The translations under genes were made by a program, and so were the position numbers. Below, in pieces: positions 8,277-10,707 of a stretch of DNA of 10,707 bases. Under the pieces are notes generated by a model. It was not told the DNA's origin. It worked only from the letters and a program-made list of their open reading frames with translations, and did not search any database. The number at the start of each line of letters is the position of its first letter. The first letter of the stretch is position 1. The DNA comes from Elusimicrobiota bacterium (GTDB lineage: Bacteria; Elusimicrobiota; Elusimicrobia; Elusimicrobiales; UBA9959). The stretch spans positions 1-10,707 of the forward strand of contig JBAXKK010000081.1 of the NCBI GenBank assembly GCA_037137395.1, read 5' to 3'.

Positions 8277-8305
8277 ATTATGACACAACGGCGCTTCAAT
8301 TTCAA
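8277..8305 (-). promoter_or_regulatory. Putative sigma70-type promoter for clpC
   Basis: Minus strand TTGAAA (8305-8300), 17-nt spacer ending in TGt, then CATAAT (8282-8277), i.e. an extended -10. Confidence 0.5.
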
Positions 8306-8319
8306 TATTCAGCGGGGCC

Positions 8320-9693
8320 TCAGGCTCCCCGGACCTTTATTTTGAAGCCCTGCACGGCAACTACCAGCACTTCGGCGTTCTCCGCGAGATCGCCGGAAAC
8401 ACTCTCGGCTTCCCAAAGCTCGCCTTCAACCAGCACCGTGCCTTTCGGGGTCAGGGCGCTTTTGGCTAGCCCCTTCTTGCCGGCAAGGCTTTCTATGCCG
8501 GTGACCACTTCGCGCAGCTGCGCCTTGATGACGATCCAGGCGAGGATGGCCGTTACGGCCACTAGGGATATCAGAGTCGAACCGAGAATATGCATAGAGA
8601 TGGCAAGCCCTCCCAGTGACGGATTATTGAAAAGCATCAGCGAGCCCAGGATTATGGAAATGACGCCGCCCAGAGTGAGCAGACCATAGCTGAGAACTTT
8701 TATCTCGGCGATGAAAAACACAAAGCCAAGGAGTATCAGCAGCACGCCGGCGAAGTTGGCCGATAGCGTCTGAAAGGCGTAGAAGCCCAGCACCATTGAC
8801 ACGGCCCCGACAACGCCAGGCAATATCAGGCCCGGATTGTAAAGTTCTATAAATAGTCCGGCCGCGCCCAGGCTCATCAGGATCATGGCGATATTCGGGT
8901 CGGCGATGGTGGCCAGCAATCTTTGGCGCAGCGTCTGGCTGACGGTCTCCACCCGGGGCGTTCCGATCTTTATGAGGCCCAACTCCGGCAGAACGCGGCC
9001 GTTTATCTTTACGAAAAAATCAGCCATGTTTACGGCTAGGATATCTGTGACGCCGGCTTTAAGCGCCTCCTCCGCGGATATTGAATCGCTTTTTGTGACG
9101 GCATTTATCGCCCACTCCACGTTGCGCTTTTTCTGCTGGGTAATTGATTTCATGTAAGCCGAAGCGTCGTTGAGTATCTTCGTCTCCATCGGGCCGTCAC
9201 CCTTTCCTTCCTTGGTGCCGCCCACTGAAGGAATGGAGGCGAGCATCACGGGATGCGCCGCGCCTATATTGGTGCCGGGCGCCATGGCCACGATATCGGA
9301 CGCCATCGCTATAAATACTCCGGCCGAAGCGGCGCGCGCGCCCTGCGGGGCAACATAAACCGCGACCGGAACCTTGGAAGCCAGAATCTTTTTAATTATA
9401 TTGCGCATAGAGCCGTCCAGCCCGCCGGGGGTGTCCAGTTGCACTACGACAAGGTCGAACTTATCGCTGTTGGCTTTGTCTATGGCGTTATTGATGAATT
9501 CGGAGGCCGCCGGAGTTATTATGCCGGAGTAAGGCGCGGCCAGGACTGTTTTTATTTCGTAAATATTGACCGGCTCTTTTGCCGCTTTAGCCAAAAGGGC
9601 GGGCGTTGCCGGCTGTTTAGCCGGGCAAGCCGGTGAAACGAAAGCTAAAATAACCAATGCCAAAATAGCCAAGCCTGACGTCTTTTTAAACAT
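8320..9693 (-). CDS. nfeD: Long-form NfeD: membrane-bound ClpP-class serine protease domain, TM bundle and C-terminal OB fold
   Basis: Signal peptide, LDTPGG, ARAASAG and MAPGTNIGAAHPV, several TM helices, C-terminal TGIESLAGK..LTPKGTVLVEGELWEAES. ATG at 9693 (preceded by AGAGGTG) is preferred over GTG at 9699. Confidence 0.93.
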   Translation of the reverse strand: MFKKTSGLAILALVILAFVSPACPAKQPATPALLAKAAKEPVNIYEIKTVLAAPYSGIITPAASEFINNAIDKANSDKFDLVVVQLDTPGGLDGSMRNIIKKILASKVPVAVYVAPQGARAASAGVFIAMASDIVAMAPGTNIGAAHPVMLASIPSVGGTKEGKGDGPMETKILNDASAYMKSITQQKKRNVEWAINAVTKSDSISAEEALKAGVTDILAVNMADFFVKINGRVLPELGLIKIGTPRVETVSQTLRQRLLATIADPNIAMILMSLGAAGLFIELYNPGLILPGVVGAVSMVLGFYAFQTLSANFAGVLLILLGFVFFIAEIKVLSYGLLTLGGVISIILGSLMLFNNPSLGGLAISMHILGSTLISLVAVTAILAWIVIKAQLREVVTGIESLAGKKGLAKSALTPKGTVLVEGELWEAESVSGDLAENAEVLVVAVQGFKIKVRGA

Positions 9694-9726
9694 AGCCACC
9701 TCTTCCGCGAAAATTATCGCTGCTTA

Positions 9727-9795
9727 ATTATACCTCTTTGCCGGGCGCTCCGGCGTTGGGCGTTTTTTAATTTGTTACAATATCCGCGCGGGGAG
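9727..9795. promoter_or_regulatory. Divergent promoter region between nfeD and the hypothetical gene
   Basis: TATAAT on the minus strand (9727-9732). TGt-TACAAT extended -10 on the plus strand (9773-9781). GGGAG SD at 9791-9795. No clear -35 elements. Confidence 0.45.
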
Positions 9796-9797
9796 TT

Positions 9798-10592
9798 ATG
9801 ACAGAAGAAAAGACCGGCATATTTTCGGTAATCGCGGCGGAAGAGCGTCTGCCGGATTTCATATTGGCGGCAAAAATAATTTCCGAATCGCGCGGCATTA
9901 ACCGCGACGACGCCGGCCGCATCGCCAGGCACTCCTGGGGCTTCCTCGGCGAGAACCTGAGCGGGGCCAGGGCGGATGAGCTTGTGGAGCGCTGCGCCCT
10001 TTACGGGGTAAAGGCAGTAAAAATGGCGGCCGCGGATTTGGCCGCGCTTAAGCCACCGCTGCATATCAAAAAAGCAGTTTTCGCCGGCGGCATCTTTAGC
10101 TACACCGACGGCAACGCTTTGGCCGGCACCGCCGAAAAGGACGACACTCTGATCATAGCCGCCGCGCCGGTTAAAGATGAGACGATAAAAGTGATTAAGA
10201 CCACCGAGGGCCCGTCCGGACAGGAGCGGGCTATAAGACTCGGCATAATGGCCGTCACCGGCCTGCCCATAGGCCTGGGGAAAACTAAGGAAGTAAAAAA
10301 AGAAGTAAAAACTTCCGATTTGTCTTTTTATATGGATATTGTTTTAAAGACGGACCGCCTGCGCCTTGGCTCGAATGATTTTGATTTTTCCTGTCTGAGA
10401 GAAAAAAAGACCTATTCCAGCCAGACCAACTTCCGCCTTATGTGCGCGGAATTAGCGGCCTTCGCGCCTCGCGCGCTGAAGAACGCGGGCCTCTCGGCCA
10501 TTCTTGAAAGCCGGCCGCTCGCGCTACTGCCCTACGATACGATAGACGATTTTGAAAAAGAAACCCTGCGCCTTTCCGCCCTCGCGCGCTGA
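9798..10592 (+). CDS. Hypothetical protein; N-terminal ~75 aa resemble the ribosomal L7/L12 CTD / ClpS-like fold
   Basis: 264-aa ORF with SD that overlaps no accepted gene. The domain call is from by-eye pattern similarity only. Confidence 0.8.
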   Translation: MTEEKTGIFSVIAAEERLPDFILAAKIISESRGINRDDAGRIARHSWGFLGENLSGARADELVERCALYGVKAVKMAAADLAALKPPLHIKKAVFAGGIFSYTDGNALAGTAEKDDTLIIAAAPVKDETIKVIKTTEGPSGQERAIRLGIMAVTGLPIGLGKTKEVKKEVKTSDLSFYMDIVLKTDRLRLGSNDFDFSCLREKKTYSSQTNFRLMCAELAAFAPRALKNAGLSAILESRPLALLPYDTIDDFEKETLRLSALAR

Positions 10593-10607
10593 CCGCGGGG
10601 AATATTT

Positions 10608-10616
10608 TGGTAATAT
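10608..10616 (+). promoter_or_regulatory. Extended -10 element positioned for a leaderless transcript
   Basis: TGg-TAATAT (10608-10616), 6 nt, then ATG at 10623. No SD in between. Confidence 0.4.
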
Positions 10617-10622
10617 TAAACT

Positions 10623-10707
10623 ATGGCTGAATTGAAACCGGAATTTTCCCCGGCCCCGGGCTCTTTTGAAGAGAAATTCGTGAGGAGCGGAGGACACGGC
10701 GGGCAGA
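10623..10707 (+). CDS. 5' part of a small peptide chain release factor-like GGQ protein (ArfB/YaeJ or mtRF-R-like), truncated by the window edge
   Basis: Manual translation MAELKPEFSPAPGSFEEKFVRSGGHGGQ. GGQ at residues 26-28 is typical of standalone RF-1-domain rescue factors, not of RF1/RF2. Confidence 0.85.
   Translation, partial: MAELKPEFSPAPGSFEEKFVRSGGHGGQ

Noticed and set aside
8342..10064. ORFs antisense to nfeD and the 116-aa minus ORF at 9714-10064
   Set aside because: They conflict with better-supported genes and lack protein-like features.

Overview
GC-rich bacterial chromosomal window. Lineage is uncertain; Elusimicrobiota is only a guess from gene style. The minus strand carries, in transcription order, long-form nfeD, clpC, a membrane-anchored class A beta-lactamase-like serine hydrolase, rlhA (U32 family), a prepilin/BspA-type LRR fusion, a YaeQ-family gene and a YgjP-like M48 gene. 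Divergently on the plus strand are a 264-aa hypothetical whose N-terminus resembles the L7/L12-CTD/ClpS fold and the 5' end of a small GGQ release-factor-like gene missing from the ORF track. Most genes are housekeeping. The notable points are the pilin-LRR fusion, the L12/ClpS-like protein beside a GGQ factor near clpC, nfeD without its usual SPFH partner, two spacers with inverted 7-nt-periodic repeats, and a hairpin-rich left edge. No CRISPR array, rRNA, tRNA, transposase or reverse transcriptase was seen.
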